A DNA stretch of 63,837 bases, filler included, from Globobulimina sp. (GCA_003354225.1; 26 parts of 26 records of this genome joined end to end with filler, not necessarily neighbours in it), one strand, 5' to 3'; numbered from the whole stretch's first letter, positions 48,596-60,859 are shown. Notes: generated by a model from the sequence alone, not told the origin. Numbers and translations: made by a program.

Positions 48596-49090
48596 TCATT
48601 TCTCTGGCTCGGGAGTTGTAAAATGTCCATTTGATGTATCCCTAACCAGTCCAAGCTCCATCAATTTGGCTTCCTGTTCCTGAGTCTTTGCTCTTATGTG
48701 CCATTTCTTGTCTTTTAGATCTACAAAAATTGATTCAAAAGCACTCCGATCCGTATATGTCCATACAACAAGAATATATCTCATACCTGGCATCATATTA
48801 TAATCATATAAATGTGGACATTTTCGCTGCGTAAAATAATAATGATCCACATTCCAAAACTTTTCAATTTTATCAAACTGATCCGTTGTCCAACACGCAT
48901 GAATCAACAATGCATTGGGCGGTAAATCCTTTCTTTTCGTTTCATATTTTATATTTATTTGGTTTCCTCCCACAAAATATTCCATTGGAAATGTTGCAAA
49001 ATTCAACATCCGAAATGATTTCTCATTTATCAATGTATTCCATAATATTTGATCAGAGCGAGCGACCAACACTGCGCCGATTAAGCTGAT
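48596..49090 (-). CDS. Nucleotide-diphospho-sugar transferase (GT77-like), C-terminal part
   Basis: SDQILWNTLI, FPMEYFVGG, LLIHACWTT...KIEKF. Confidence 0.65.
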   Translation of the reverse strand: MSLIGAVLVARSDQILWNTLINEKSFRMLNFATFPMEYFVGGNQINIKYETKRKDLPPNALLIHACWTTDQFDKIEKFWNVDHYYFTQRKCPHLYDYNMMPGMRYILVVWTYTDRSAFESIFVDLKDKKWHIRAKTQEQEAKLMELGLVRDTSNGHFTTPEPEK

Positions 49091-49190
49091 NNNNNNNNNN
49101 NNNNNNNNNNNNNNNNNNNNNNNNNNNNNNNNNNTTAATTAATTAANNNNNNNNNNNNNNNNNNNNNNNNNNNNNNNNNNNNNNNNNNNN

Positions 49191-51500
49191 AATGGAGTCT
49201 AATATGAATTGTCTCTGTTTCCTGTCGATGCAATTTAAAAAACGTAAATGGTCCAAAGCGTCCACCAAATCTTTTTTGCTGCATTGCTTTAACAATTTTT
49301 TGTTATGATCGGTACTTTGATCAAAAAATTGTTCAAAATCGTTCAATATCATATCCACAGAAAATGGATATCTCGCAAATAATTGTAAGGGGAGATAATT
49401 ATATCGTAATTTTTGAATTTTGTTAAATATGTTCATCGACAGCGGTTTGAAGTATTCGTTCCATAAAAAGTCACCGCCATTCCTGGTCAATGTGTCTTTG
49501 TTTACGTAATCATCAAAAAACTCATACGGAGTCAGTTCGTCTTCGCTCGATATCGCCATAATATGTCGACTGATTTTGGCAGACAACAAAAACGGATCAA
49601 TGGCACCTTTTGCATCATACAATTTGCTCCAAATGGAATCCCGCACTTTGGCGTCAAATAACTTATTGTCACTGGAACTCAATGCATTTAAATTATGGAT
49701 CAATTGCGTATCTTTATAATGTCCAATGCAGTAATTTTGATTCCCTTCATCCTCATCATCCGACTCATCCGATTCTGGATCAATTTCCGTCGCATTCTTT
49801 TTAGCACAGCAACCGACAAATCCGTCGGTGCGAAAAGCCTCCCAATCCCTGCCCAAACCGTGCGGGTTTAACAAGTTCCGAATCATCAATACCGCACCAA
49901 AAAAAACGAAAAATATGGGAAATACTACAACATAAAATGTCCAAATTGAGAGTATTTCCCATATTAACTCCCAACGATGGCGGTCAAATCGCACCCGATA
50001 ACAATTGGGACACACCACAGGCGATGCTTTGGTGATTAATTTTAATTCGATATCGTTTACATTGAGGAATCTGCCTAGATTCTTAATGGATACTTTTGAC
50101 TCTTTCACATACGTTCGGCAATAGCCGCAGATGAAAAAAGGAGAGACTCGATTCTCATTCTTAGCGGCATCCATATCTCGGTGTGCTTTCTGGATCCATC
50201 TTTGATCACATTTCACATTTTCAAACTGTTCCAAGTCCATTAAACCGCATTCGTACAAATTCATTAAATCTAATAACCAAATATGCTTCTTTTGGACGTT
50301 GCTTTTGATGGAGACATATATTTCTAATTCCTTTTCTTTTTCATAAAATTTCACGTAATGCTGCATAATTTGCGGCTTATACCGAACCATCTGACAGACC
50401 GTAGCTCCGCGGTTGGTTGTAATGCTCCAATATTTGTGACAGTTTTCGTATAATATCTCCTCATTTAACGCCAATTTCCTTTCTCGCATAAATGTGGGCA
50501 TCACCCATGTGGTCAAATGGTAATATGGTTTGCAAGCGACCAATCTGAAAATATTGATGACCCACTCAATGACATAAAACAATGCTAATAACGCCAAAAC
50601 AAGCATATTCAGCGGAGGCTGTGCAGTGTATGTTGCATATTATAATATGGCATAGGCAGTAAGTACTTAACTGGCATGAAAGAAGCATCGTTATCTAATT
50701 GCAACGCCAACTCAAAGCGCGCAAATGTGATGGCCTCAGTCGTGTTTTTTTGGATATTGTCATACGTGGTGGCCATCATTGCAATCAACAGATTTAATAA
50801 CACCAAGGAACCGATCACCAAATATAATATAATCAGAGCATAAGCAAAATATAACAAATTGGTATTGTCATCATTGTGGTCCTCGACAAATGCATCAAAG
50901 TCAAACTCGCCCAAAATGCCAGTAAACAATGTGATGGCCGCGATGCCCGTATTGCTAAAATCAGGATGCGTGTCGCCTAAAATGTAAACCAACGCAAAAG
51001 TGAAACCAAAAAATAATATTAACATGATTTCGAAAAAAGTTAATATGTCATTCAGCATTCGGAAGATCATTTGGACCATCGGACCCAAGTCATGCGACAA
51101 CACACAAAAATTCACCAGCCGCAGCCATAAAGTGATGGTGGCGATGGCCCACAATATGATAAACACGGTGTTCAATGTACGATCGTGCCAACAATCCACC
51201 AACGCGTCGGGCTTTGTAGTGCATTGCGGCCCGGTAATCACCGCAAAAACGCGCATTATCAAAGACACAATGAAGACAATGGAGACTAGCGCATCGAAAT
51301 AATTTGCCGGATCCGAAAAATATCGCCGGAATCCGGTAGAGACCATTTGTTGGAATTCATTTATGGCATAACCGATGTTGAATATCCAAAATATAATCTC
51401 GTCCAAATCCATATCATCGTAGACGCGGAATTTCTGCACCGATAAATAGGTAAATAAGGCCAAATAACATATGTACAGCACAACGCCCGTAACACAGGAA
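49191..51500 (-). CDS. TRP-like cation channel, internal fragment; intron 50619-50671
   Basis: YFSDPANYFD, LWLRLVNF..LGPMVQMIFRMLNDILTF, LFTGILGEFDF, LLNLLIAMMATTYDNI, spliced MPPPLNML. Confidence 0.88.
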
Positions 51501-51648
51501 GCTGTATATTAATTTTGACAGGAAAACGACTGCTATTTTCCTGGTTGGNNNNNNNNNNNNNNNNNNNNNNNNNNNNNNNNNNNNNNNNNNNNTTAATTAA
51601 TTAANNNNNNNNNNNNNNNNNNNNNNNNNNNNNNNNNNNNNNNNNNNN

Positions 51649-52023
51649 TTGGGTGACTTAATATGGATTGCATGGGGATATTATACACAGTTATGCCATG
51701 AAGATATTTTGTTGGATGTAAGCGGGAATATATTGTTCAATGCAGATAAAGTTAATATATTTTGTCAGAGATCAAAAGCTTTGAAGGTGAGGGAGAATGA
51801 TAGTGAACGTGAACGTGACAGCAGGACATTTCCTGATTCATTACTAGACCGACAAGGCTTGGTTGGGGAATTAGTGGGTGCTGCAGGTGCTAACTATACT
51901 GACTGCGCAGAATATCTCTTATTTGATTTCTTTGGCAAATATGGTTACGCGAAGAGTGTGTCTTTAACTGATTGGGACATCTTTGCGCAAAGTTTAAGAA
52001 TACTTTTAGGCATTACATTGTAA
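51649..52023 (+). CDS. C-terminal fragment of a hypothetical protein
   Basis: ORF open from the contig start. Confidence 0.4.
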   Translation: MGDLIWIAWGYYTQLCHEDILLDVSGNILFNADKVNIFCQRSKALKVRENDSERERDSRTFPDSLLDRQGLVGELVGAAGANYTDCAEYLLFDFFGKYGYAKSVSLTDWDIFAQSLRILLGITL

Positions 52024-52227
52024 TTGAAATTTACATTAATTTTTGCTTTGTGGTTTTTTTTTCTTTTTTGTGTTGTGTACACACCATTGCTAAACATTGT
52101 GTTTTTTCACATGTTTACGTTAAATTAATCTAATACTAAATGTATTACGGATTTCGAGACGATGTTCCCTTTTTTATTTGTGCAAAAGCCGTAAAGGTTA
52201 AAAAATGATAAAATAATGAAAATGTCA

Positions 52228-53988
52228 CTAGCAAAGTTTTTCAGTCAATTTGAATTGATTCGCAAATGCGTTTAAATCAAATATAGGCAGTTCCTTGAGA
52301 TCAAGTGATTGTTGTTTCACTTTTTTCTTTTTTCTCACTTTTCTCACTCTTTTCCCTTTTTTAACTTTCTGATTCATTATTTTTTTTCCTTTTGTCTTTG
52401 TTTGTAATACATCATCAAACGGCAATTGATTAGGCTCCAAAACCGGCATTGATTGCAATGCTAAATTCTCAATTAACACCATCTCCGTTTTGGGTTTCAA
52501 CAAATGTTTCATACATTTACTAAACACTTGAAATTGTAAATTTTCATATCTTTTCGAAATCTCTCTTATTTTGTCAAATAACCATTTTATACTATAATTA
52601 CTTTTCATTTTGGTGGCTTTATACAAATCAATAAACGTTAATTTATCAATATTTGTTATTTCATTCGATTCTTTTTTATATTGCAACAAATCATAATCAT
52701 CCTCACTCTCATTCACATTCTCAAAACCATCCACATTCACAAACTCATTATCTATAAATATTGCATTTGGCGGCATCGGCGATGGTTTATAGGTTGGATC
52801 CGAATTGGAATTGGAATTAGAATCACTCTCTGACTCTGATGAAATATCATTTAAATCAAATGAATATTTCTTTTCATTTATCACTGTTTCCCCTATCTTT
52901 TGAGTTTGACTCCGTGTTCTATAAATTCTCTTTTTTGATGGATATGGAACCAGCACAATTTTACTGCCATTTACAATGCTTTTTATTTCATATTCTTGTC
53001 TTATTGGACGATCTTCTTCGTTGGCAACAATGCGCCTAAATTTAATCATATTTTTATGTCTAAATCTGTTGATTTTATCCATTTTCTTATTAAAAACATG
53101 ATAAATAACTTGTTTATTAGTCGTAATGTTATAACTCTTAAATGTCTCTAACGTATTATACAATTTATTTAATTGCTTATGCCTTGATTTTCGAATTAAT
53201 TTCTTCCAATTTATCCGCTCCGTTAATTTCTTATTCAATCGGTCTTGCTCTCTATGCCATTGTTCATAGACATGTCGATTCTCTCCAAATGATAATACAT
53301 TTACATCCTCCTTACTATTGCCATAAGGTCCGATATATCGCACATCATTCCATATATATTTACTTTGATAATCGCTACAATTCAATGGATATTCGCATCG
53401 CGGATAATTATAACACATAAACCCGATCATACCGCAACCATCACCGCCATCCCCCAATGCTATACATTGTAAATATATGCCACAATGCGGACACTCCAAA
53501 CTAATATATTGCCGATTTAAATTAATGCAATGCAAACGGATGTAATTTTCATCAGATTCTCCATCCATATCCGCATAATGCATCTTATTATGTAATGATG
53601 GATAACTCATAGAAAACCGCATATTTATATCTTCGTTTTGTTTTAACCATTTTGTGTTTATATGTTTTTTATTTATCACATAATTACTGATACAATTCCT
53701 ATCCAATCGTGTTGTCGGTGTGAATCCATTGTCAATATCAACAGAAATATTCATCCATTCTACACATTTCTTTTTCTTTTCTGCATCTAAACATTGCAAG
53801 GTTGTCGATGATAAATTGGATAAATAGCCGTCAATTATATTTGACGGCACTTTTCTTGTCTTTTTATTTTTCCTTTTCGTTTTTTTTAAGCGTTTTTTTG
53901 GTTTCTTTTTTTTCTGTGTTTTCGGCTTTTTTTTGCTAGTTTTTTTATCTTTGTTTGTTGTTTTAGTTTTCTTTGTGTTTATTGTCAT
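52228..53988 (-). CDS. Lys-rich hypothetical protein with a C4 zinc-ribbon-like motif
   Basis: CPHCG...GFMCYNYPRCEYP resembles topoisomerase-type zinc ribbons; poly-basic ends. Confidence 0.65.
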   Translation of the reverse strand: MTINTKKTKTTNKDKKTSKKKPKTQKKKKPKKRLKKTKRKNKKTRKVPSNIIDGYLSNLSSTTLQCLDAEKKKKCVEWMNISVDIDNGFTPTTRLDRNCISNYVINKKHINTKWLKQNEDINMRFSMSYPSLHNKMHYADMDGESDENYIRLHCINLNRQYISLECPHCGIYLQCIALGDGGDGCGMIGFMCYNYPRCEYPLNCSDYQSKYIWNDVRYIGPYGNSKEDVNVLSFGENRHVYEQWHREQDRLNKKLTERINWKKLIRKSRHKQLNKLYNTLETFKSYNITTNKQVIYHVFNKKMDKINRFRHKNMIKFRRIVANEEDRPIRQEYEIKSIVNGSKIVLVPYPSKKRIYRTRSQTQKIGETVINEKKYSFDLNDISSESESDSNSNSNSDPTYKPSPMPPNAIFIDNEFVNVDGFENVNESEDDYDLLQYKKESNEITNIDKLTFIDLYKATKMKSNYSIKWLFDKIREISKRYENLQFQVFSKCMKHLLKPKTEMVLIENLALQSMPVLEPNQLPFDDVLQTKTKGKKIMNQKVKKGKRVRKVRKKKKVKQQSLDLKELPIFDLNAFANQFKLTEKLC

Positions 53989-54294
53989 TGAGACAGATGG
54001 TGATAANNNNNNNNNNNNNNNNNNNNNNNNNNNNNNNNNNNNNNNNNNNNTTAATTAATTAANNNNNNNNNNNNNNNNNNNNNNNNNNNNNNNNNNNNNN
54101 NNNNNNATTTTTGTTTTTTTGTGGAGACATTTTTTTGTTTGCTTTCTTTCAGAGTGACAGTTTTTTGTTTGTATCACATTTTTTGAAAGTTTGAGTTTCA
54201 CATTTTTTTATTTGTTTTGTTTTACATTTTTTTAATTGTTTGTATCACATTTTTTTAATTGTTTGTATCACATTTTTTGCCTCTACATTTTTTT

Positions 54295-54526
54295 GGAAGG
54301 AAAACATGTTATAAATAAAATGTTAAAAGATAACATTTTATTAATAATGTTAAAAACATTTTTTAACGCATGATGAAATATGAAATGTTAATTATATGTT
54401 ATATTAGTTATTATACTTACCAGCATATTTTTTTATAGATCTAAGTGAAAAACCTTAAAATGTTCACTAAGAAACCACCAGATGGGCGACTCTTTTAACA
54501 TTACATTTTTAACATATTTTCCTTCC
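54295..54526. mobile_element. 232-bp MITE with ~36-bp imperfect TIRs (GGAAGGAAAA...TTTTCCTTCC)
   Basis: ggaaggaaaacatgttataaataaaatgttaaaaga versus the reverse complement of tcttttaacattacatttttaacatattttccttcc; flanked both sides by attttttt. Confidence 0.7.
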
Positions 54527-54943
54527 ATTTTTTTTTTTGTTTATTGGGAATTTTTTTTATTGGTTATATCCAATTTTTTCCTCTGTTTTTATTTTTCAAT
54601 TTTTAACTTGTCATTTTCTATCTTCTATTAGAACATTCTAAAAACAATTTGTGCAATGTAATTTAGAATATGTAAAAGACAAATTATGGTTTGCACTAGA
54701 CGAACGACATATTTTTTCTTGCCCATGATCCAAGTTTTTTTTTGTGATTTTTATGTTTTTTTTTACAATTTATAATATGTATTTTTTTGTACCGGGGGTT
54801 TCCACCACATATGGTGGATATAAACATGTACAAATTCCCCTTTTTTAAACTGCTGAATAATATTCTATACTCTCGAATTTAAAACGTGAAAAGTTGATAT
54901 TTAAAAGTGAATACTTAAAACCACCCAACGAATGAATATAAAA

Positions 54944-55935
54944 TTAAGTTTCAAATTGTGAAGCATATAAAAAAAACTCATTAAGTCCATTAAGATTTGC
55001 ACCGTCACCTTGTACCACAATAAAAATGCCATTTGCCGTAGTTCTGTCTGGCTTATTATCACATTCCATTAAATTAAAACTAGATATTCTAAAATTATGC
55101 CATCCATTTGATATACTGTTTGAGTTCGTACACTCAGCAATAGGCACCGTTTGAGGACAAGCCCATTGTTGCAATAATGAATAATCGGTTATATCTGATG
55201 GCGCCGTTAAAACGACATTAATACCGTTGATTGCATGGCCCTGATTACAATAAGCAAGAGAGAAATGCTTATGTCCTTCATCTGAGACAACATATTCTGT
55301 GTCGGATCTCCAATATTGAGTGAATGCGACCGGCTGAATGGTCATGCTTGGAACCATAAATGGCATGTCTGTCGTCCAAGGATACGGCATTTCATTTGCA
55401 TTATTTGTAAATGATAATTCCATTGAAAATGTCGCTGGTTGATTCCACGCCATTGTACGAATAAAATAATTGGTTTCGTTATTCATCGTCCATGATACAT
55501 TTGAAATTGCTTTGATTTGTGTGCCCCATTTGTAATTAGTCGCAATTACACATTTTGAAGAAAAATCATTGTCACATATCGATACTTGAGCAACTACAAT
55601 TGGTTTAGCTGTGCAATTCCAATCAGGATTTGCTGGTAAAAATAATTGTAATACTGCTTGTTTTTTATTATTTACACCCTCTGAACACAATGATGCATAA
55701 TTATATAATGCTTTACTCGGATCTGTTGTTGCAAATGCTTCCTCTGGCAAACCATAGGTAACAGGAATCTCTGTCACTTCTTGTGTGAAACCTTATTATT
55801 TATTATATTCTTACTATTAACTCACAGAAGACTGAAGACGTATATTAATTAATATATACTTAGTATATATGGTGAGAGGATACAATGACCTGTAAAACAT
55901 AATATGTATGCCAACAGTGACGCCGCTATTAACAT
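54944..55935 (-). CDS. Secreted Cys-containing hypothetical protein; signal-peptide exon spliced to the 277-aa ORF
   Basis: MLIAASLLAYILCFT exon upstream, acceptor near 55791; multiple N-x-S/T sites. Confidence 0.65.
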
Positions 55936-56165
55936 AATACCGATATGGGTTGCAGTTTATTTGGATGATTGTTCACTGAGAAGATGTTGAGAGAAATAGC
56001 CACAGAAAAGTTGAGTGAGAAGATGTTAACTAAAATTACTGAAAACTTAACTTACTACTGAAAATGCAGGGCTGTTCAAAACGATCTTTTCAAATTGCTT
56101 GATAATTTTTTTTGAAGTATTATATATATATAAAGTTCGTTTAAAGAAAAAAAAATAAATGTCTG

Positions 56166-56426
56166 TAATTTCTGGATGCCAACTATTTAATTTCTGTGTG
56201 CCAACTGTCTAATTTCTGTGTGCCAACTATCTAATTTCTGTGTGCCAACTATCTAATATGAAGTACAATCGTGTATATAAGTAGCACATTTAATATAGTA
56301 AAAAAAAAAATAGATGTACCTTACTATATTTTAGGTAACCGTGTTCACATCCAGAAATTAGATAGTTCCCATCCAGAAATTAGATAGTTCCCATCCAGAA
56401 ATTAGATAGTTGGCACACAGCAATTA
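56166..56426. repeat. Inverted arrays of a 22-bp unit (foldback-like)
   Basis: About four taatttctgtgtgccaactatc units (56166-56257) facing three to four reverse-complement units (56348-56426). Confidence 0.85.
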
Positions 56427-56564
56427 TTTAGGAACTAAACACACTCTACACACTACGATTAACANNNNNNNNNNNNNNNNNNNNNNNNNNNNNNNNNNNN
56501 NNNNNNNNTTAATTAATTAANNNNNNNNNNNNNNNNNNNNNNNNNNNNNNNNNNNNNNNNNNNN

Positions 56565-58404
56565 TAATATTGGAATATTTATTGATGTTTGTCAATTGTC
56601 TGTGCCTCGTTGTTGGTGTTTGTGCATTTTTATTTGCACTAAAATCAAACCTTTTTTTTATTTTATTATGCACCGATTTATGGGCATTGACAGTATATCG
56701 ATTCAAAAAATGCATTGAATTTGATCGTCGTTTACTTGGTTTATTTTTATTTGTTTGCTCATTCATTTCGTTCTCTTTTATGTCATTTGCATCCATCGCC
56801 AAATAATCATTTTTCGCTGCTATGGCATCAAATTTCCAGCCACTCATTTTTAATATTTTGAGTTTCGTGCAATAGGTAGTTATATATATAAAAATATTAA
56901 AATCTAAAATCATAAAATTTTCATAATCTTCTTTCCGCAACAATTTCAAATTAGAAATATCATTCATTTTCTCTTTTTTTTTACTTTTTATAATCACTTG
57001 ACAATTACATTCAAAATATAACAAAGTTTTGCCTAATTCCTCGAAAAATAATTTCCAGTCAAACTGTGACGACGAATGTGATGATAATCGATCAATACTG
57101 GATCGAAATTGAATGGTCACAAATTGTAACGATCTGAATCTATTTAACTGTGAATATGATATATTTCCACTTAAATGGTCCGCAGAGATTGATAATGACT
57201 TCAAACCACAAAAATGATCAAAAATGGCACACGATATCATCTTATCATCAATCACAAATTCTGATAACTTTCTCGATTTTAACTGTTGCTGTTTATGGCC
57301 TAATTCAGTTAAAGTTGTCATTTTCAATCGGTTGCAATTTATAATCCATAAAGATAACAATTTATATTCCATCAATTTAATAATAAATACAATGGCTTTA
57401 TCATTAATGCGACAATATCCAATTTTTAATATCTTTAATAAACGGCAATATTCGGATAATGCTTTGAGCACAGCATTTATATTCATATTTGCACTCTGAA
57501 ACCGCCAGCGATCACAGTCAATTTCATGCAAGTTTTTCAATGAGGAAATAAATTTAATTAATGATGGATACGATTGTTTGGAAATTACGATATTTTTTAA
57601 TCTCAATACACGCAAATTATTACATTTATTTTGTAATCGTTTCCAAAACATTGCATCAATGGTTTTGGAGGAATAACTAAGCTCAATTTTAACAAGTTGA
57701 CCGATGAATGAATCTGCACATTGGCTCAGAAAGGAGGTTGGTAGCACACCATCGACATATAAGCGGTTAATATGTTGCAAAGCATTCATATTTTGGGTTA
57801 AATCAATCTGATTGTTAGGTTCTATATATATGTCATATTAAATCATATGCAGTGCGAGGATATCATATCAATATAAACATATAAAAAGTGTACGTGATGA
57901 AGCGTTATAGGAATAATTGAGTGTGGTTGCATGCGTCAGACGTTTTAGTTTAGACTGTTGTTGCATTAATGGTATATTTGCAGTTGCAGGGAACTCGGAG
58001 ATAGAAGAGGACAGTCGGGAGACATGGAACCAATCTCTTGATACTAACTCAACAGAACATAATAATGTATTGATATCGACATAGGATAAACATTTTGATA
58101 ATATGGTGGCGGGTAATATATGTAACAACGCTGGATTTTTTGGATTGAATTTCTCGTGGTGGCGAACCAGGGATGAGCGTAACGTAGACGTGGATTCGTT
58201 TTCTTTTATATTGGATATATTTTCTAGTTTGGACAGACAATATGAAGTGAATAAGTTTTTGATCTCATTTTCGCCAAAGGCTTGCGTGCAACCGAGGAAT
58301 AGTGTTTGGCGGTTTGATTTGCCGATATCTCGAATCAAATGGAATTTAGATACGAATGGATCCAGTATCAGTGAATCAATGTTAAGTGTTTGTGAATTCG
58401 ACAT
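56565..58404 (-). CDS. F-box/LRR protein, two exons, 3'-truncated
   Basis: LHILPATILSKCLSYVD..LLCSVELVSRDW (F-box); CNNLRVLRL, CRLLKILKIGYCRINDKAI, CTKLKILKMSG (LRR). Confidence 0.8.
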
Positions 58405-58639
58405 TAGTGATAGGAGTTTTGTTGTGATCGAGTTTTTCACAAGAACTAAACTGGAATATTTTTGTATATAATTTGGAAAAAAATACAAAAACAGCGGACA
58501 ACGCCCTTGTCAGAAACAACAAGCAGCGGGAAAATTTTACAAGGAACAGCAAACAATTCCATATGTACACACATTTTATTTTTCTTCTACATCCTGTTCA
58601 TTTTGAGTTTGATTAACATTTTCGTCATTATTGACAAAA

Positions 58640-58922
58640 ATACACAGCAACGGCAGCCGCTACCGCGAGCCCCGCCAGGGCCAGCCACGGTCTCCACGGC
58701 GAAGGTCGCGGTTCAGAGGCGACCCGACGCACCACCGGAATGACGAAGGTCGGACGCGGGCCGGACGCGTCATGCGCGTAGAGCGCAAAGGTCCCACGGG
58801 CCGGATCGTCCCTGTCGAGCGCCGCCCGCCCACGCGCCATGGCGATCGTCACGGGACTGCCATCAACCAGCGCTCGATCGAATGCCTAGCCGAACGCGCG
58901 GGCCGACCGAAAAGGCAGCGTC
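58640..58922. other. High-GC bacterial fragment joined to AT-rich eukaryotic DNA
   Basis: Abrupt switch to very GC-rich sequence; minus frame ..PRPSPWRPWLALAGLAVAAAVAV. Confidence 0.8.
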
Positions 58923-59323
58923 NNNNNNNNNNNNNNNNNNNNNNNNNNNNNNNNNNNNNNNNNNNNTTAATTAATTAANNNNNNNNNNNNNNNNNNNNNN
59001 NNNNNNNNNNNNNNNNNNNNNNATCGTTTTCTATGTAGAGTATGACTGTATGATTAATTGCCAAATAACATAAACTGTTTGCATTAATACATTATGTGTT
59101 TGTTTATGGATAAAAATAAATATAAAATGTTACTTATGGTGGTTTCTGCTGACTTTGTTCTTGTCGTCATGGGGGGATATATCGAGGTCTGAAATTCGAA
59201 TTTTCCAAACATTGCACATAGTAGATTTGATCGAAAATTCCATCAATTTCATAAATTTCTAATTTCTTTATATATTAAAATAATAACTATGTATATGACA
59301 AGTCAAGTGTATACTGTACATAA

Positions 59324-60859
59324 TTACAGTTTACTATTATATTTCACCGCAGTTGTAAGCGGAGAATACGTATTCATTGCATTTTGATTTTGCGGCGCTG
59401 CAGTAATATGATCCGAAATATTTTTATAAACCAACATATTCTTCTTAATATCTCTCAACGTCGGTGTCCCCATCATTTGCATACAAGTTTCCAATTCTCC
59501 TTTCAATATTTGTGATATTCTTTCCACTCCATCTTGTCCATAACACGCCAAACCATACAAAAACGGCCTCCCCAAACCCACACATTTTGCTCCTAATGCC
59601 AACGCTTTAAATATATCCGTACCTCTTCGAAAACCGCCATCTACCCACACTTCAATCCGATCCCTCATACTATTCGCATCCAAAAACTCCATAACCTCCG
59701 CCAATATTTCAATGCCACTCCTTCCAAAATCCAACTGCCGACCACCATGATTTGACAATATTATCGCATCAATGCCATATTCCACTGCTTTTACTGCATC
59801 CTCGCCACATTGGACCCCTTTCAATACCAACTTCATACTGTTACCTTCCCCATCACTGCACGCTTGCCGTATCCATGCGAGATCGCCCCAATTCAATGAG
59901 GGATCGATAAACGAGGTGATACTGGCCGCCACACCTCCAGCTGTTGCTTTTTTCTCTTCTTCTTTCTCATACTTTTCAGAGTAATTTTCCTTTACTAATT
60001 TGGGAGCATCGTCTAACGCCAATGCTTTATGCCTCATATCCCGTTCCCTTCGACCTAACCCCGGTGCATCCACTGTAATACACAATACTTTGATGCCATA
60101 CTTTAATGCTTTGGAAATTGACTGCTTTGCTATATTACGATCAGAATTTACATATAGCTGCAGAAACTGTGTCTGATTTGGTTGAGCTGCCTGACACATT
60201 TCATCCAATGAACAGGAAGCTAAGGTCGGTATCATTTGAATGATGCCTTCATTGTAACAAGCCCGAGTCAGTGCAACTTCGCCCTGAGGATGGGCTAATT
60301 TGCCCAACGCAGTGGCAGTCACATAAAATGGCGCAGAGCTCCGATATCCTAATATTTTGGTTGTGATATCAATGGATGAGACATCGACTAAAACACGCGG
60401 ACGGAACCAGATCCTGCTGAATACGGCTTGATTCTCACGGAATGTAATCTCGTCTTCGGCGCCAGAAATATAATAATTCCAACCTTGCGGTTGCATACAT
60501 TTTGAGGCGGCGGCTTTAAAATCATAGGTGTTTAATAACTGTTCAATTGGTGGGATTTTTGCATTTGCGTTGCGACCTGTTTTTGATATATGGCCTTTTT
60601 CTGCTTTTATTGTTGACTTATCGATGTTGCCAAGATAGGCTGATTTGGGTAATATTGCTAACATTGTTTTTGGATGGATTTGTTCGAACATTGCAGTGGC
60701 TACTTTTCCAGCATGCGCTGCGATTATTGCTATTCCGCCTGGATGCTCAGGCAAAAATGAGCTTAAATCGTACACTTTGTCGTAAAATACAATCCAACAA
60801 TCTTTGACAGTGTTATGTTTCAGCACTTCATCCATTGATATTAACCGTTTTGTTGCCAT
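59324..60859 (-). CDS. Flavocytochrome b2-like L-2-hydroxy-acid dehydrogenase (cytochrome b5 plus FMN domain) with PTS1
   Basis: EVLKHN..DCWIV..KVYDL..HPGG; TATALGKL, QLYV, TVDAP, LKGVQ, SNHGGRQLD, DGGFRRGTD, GRPFL; ends SKL*. Confidence 0.95.
   Translation of the reverse strand: MATKRLISMDEVLKHNTVKDCWIVFYDKVYDLSSFLPEHPGGIAIIAAHAGKVATAMFEQIHPKTMLAILPKSAYLGNIDKSTIKAEKGHISKTGRNANAKIPPIEQLLNTYDFKAAASKCMQPQGWNYYISGAEDEITFRENQAVFSRIWFRPRVLVDVSSIDITTKILGYRSSAPFYVTATALGKLAHPQGEVALTRACYNEGIIQMIPTLASCSLDEMCQAAQPNQTQFLQLYVNSDRNIAKQSISKALKYGIKVLCITVDAPGLGRRERDMRHKALALDDAPKLVKENYSEKYEKEEEKKATAGGVAASITSFIDPSLNWGDLAWIRQACSDGEGNSMKLVLKGVQCGEDAVKAVEYGIDAIILSNHGGRQLDFGRSGIEILAEVMEFLDANSMRDRIEVWVDGGFRRGTDIFKALALGAKCVGLGRPFLYGLACYGQDGVERISQILKGELETCMQMMGTPTLRDIKKNMLVYKNISDHITAAPQNQNAMNTYSPLTTAVKYNSKL

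Noticed and set aside
56166-56426. CRISPR array or telomeric repeat
   Set aside because: Head-to-tail 22-bp units without spacers, in two opposed blocks, and not G-rich short telomere units.
10565-60859. Peroxisomal gene cluster (thiolase-SKL, flavocytochrome-SKL, PhyH)
   Set aside because: The thiolase is on a different contig and contig order reflects length only; the PhyH piece is probably chimeric.
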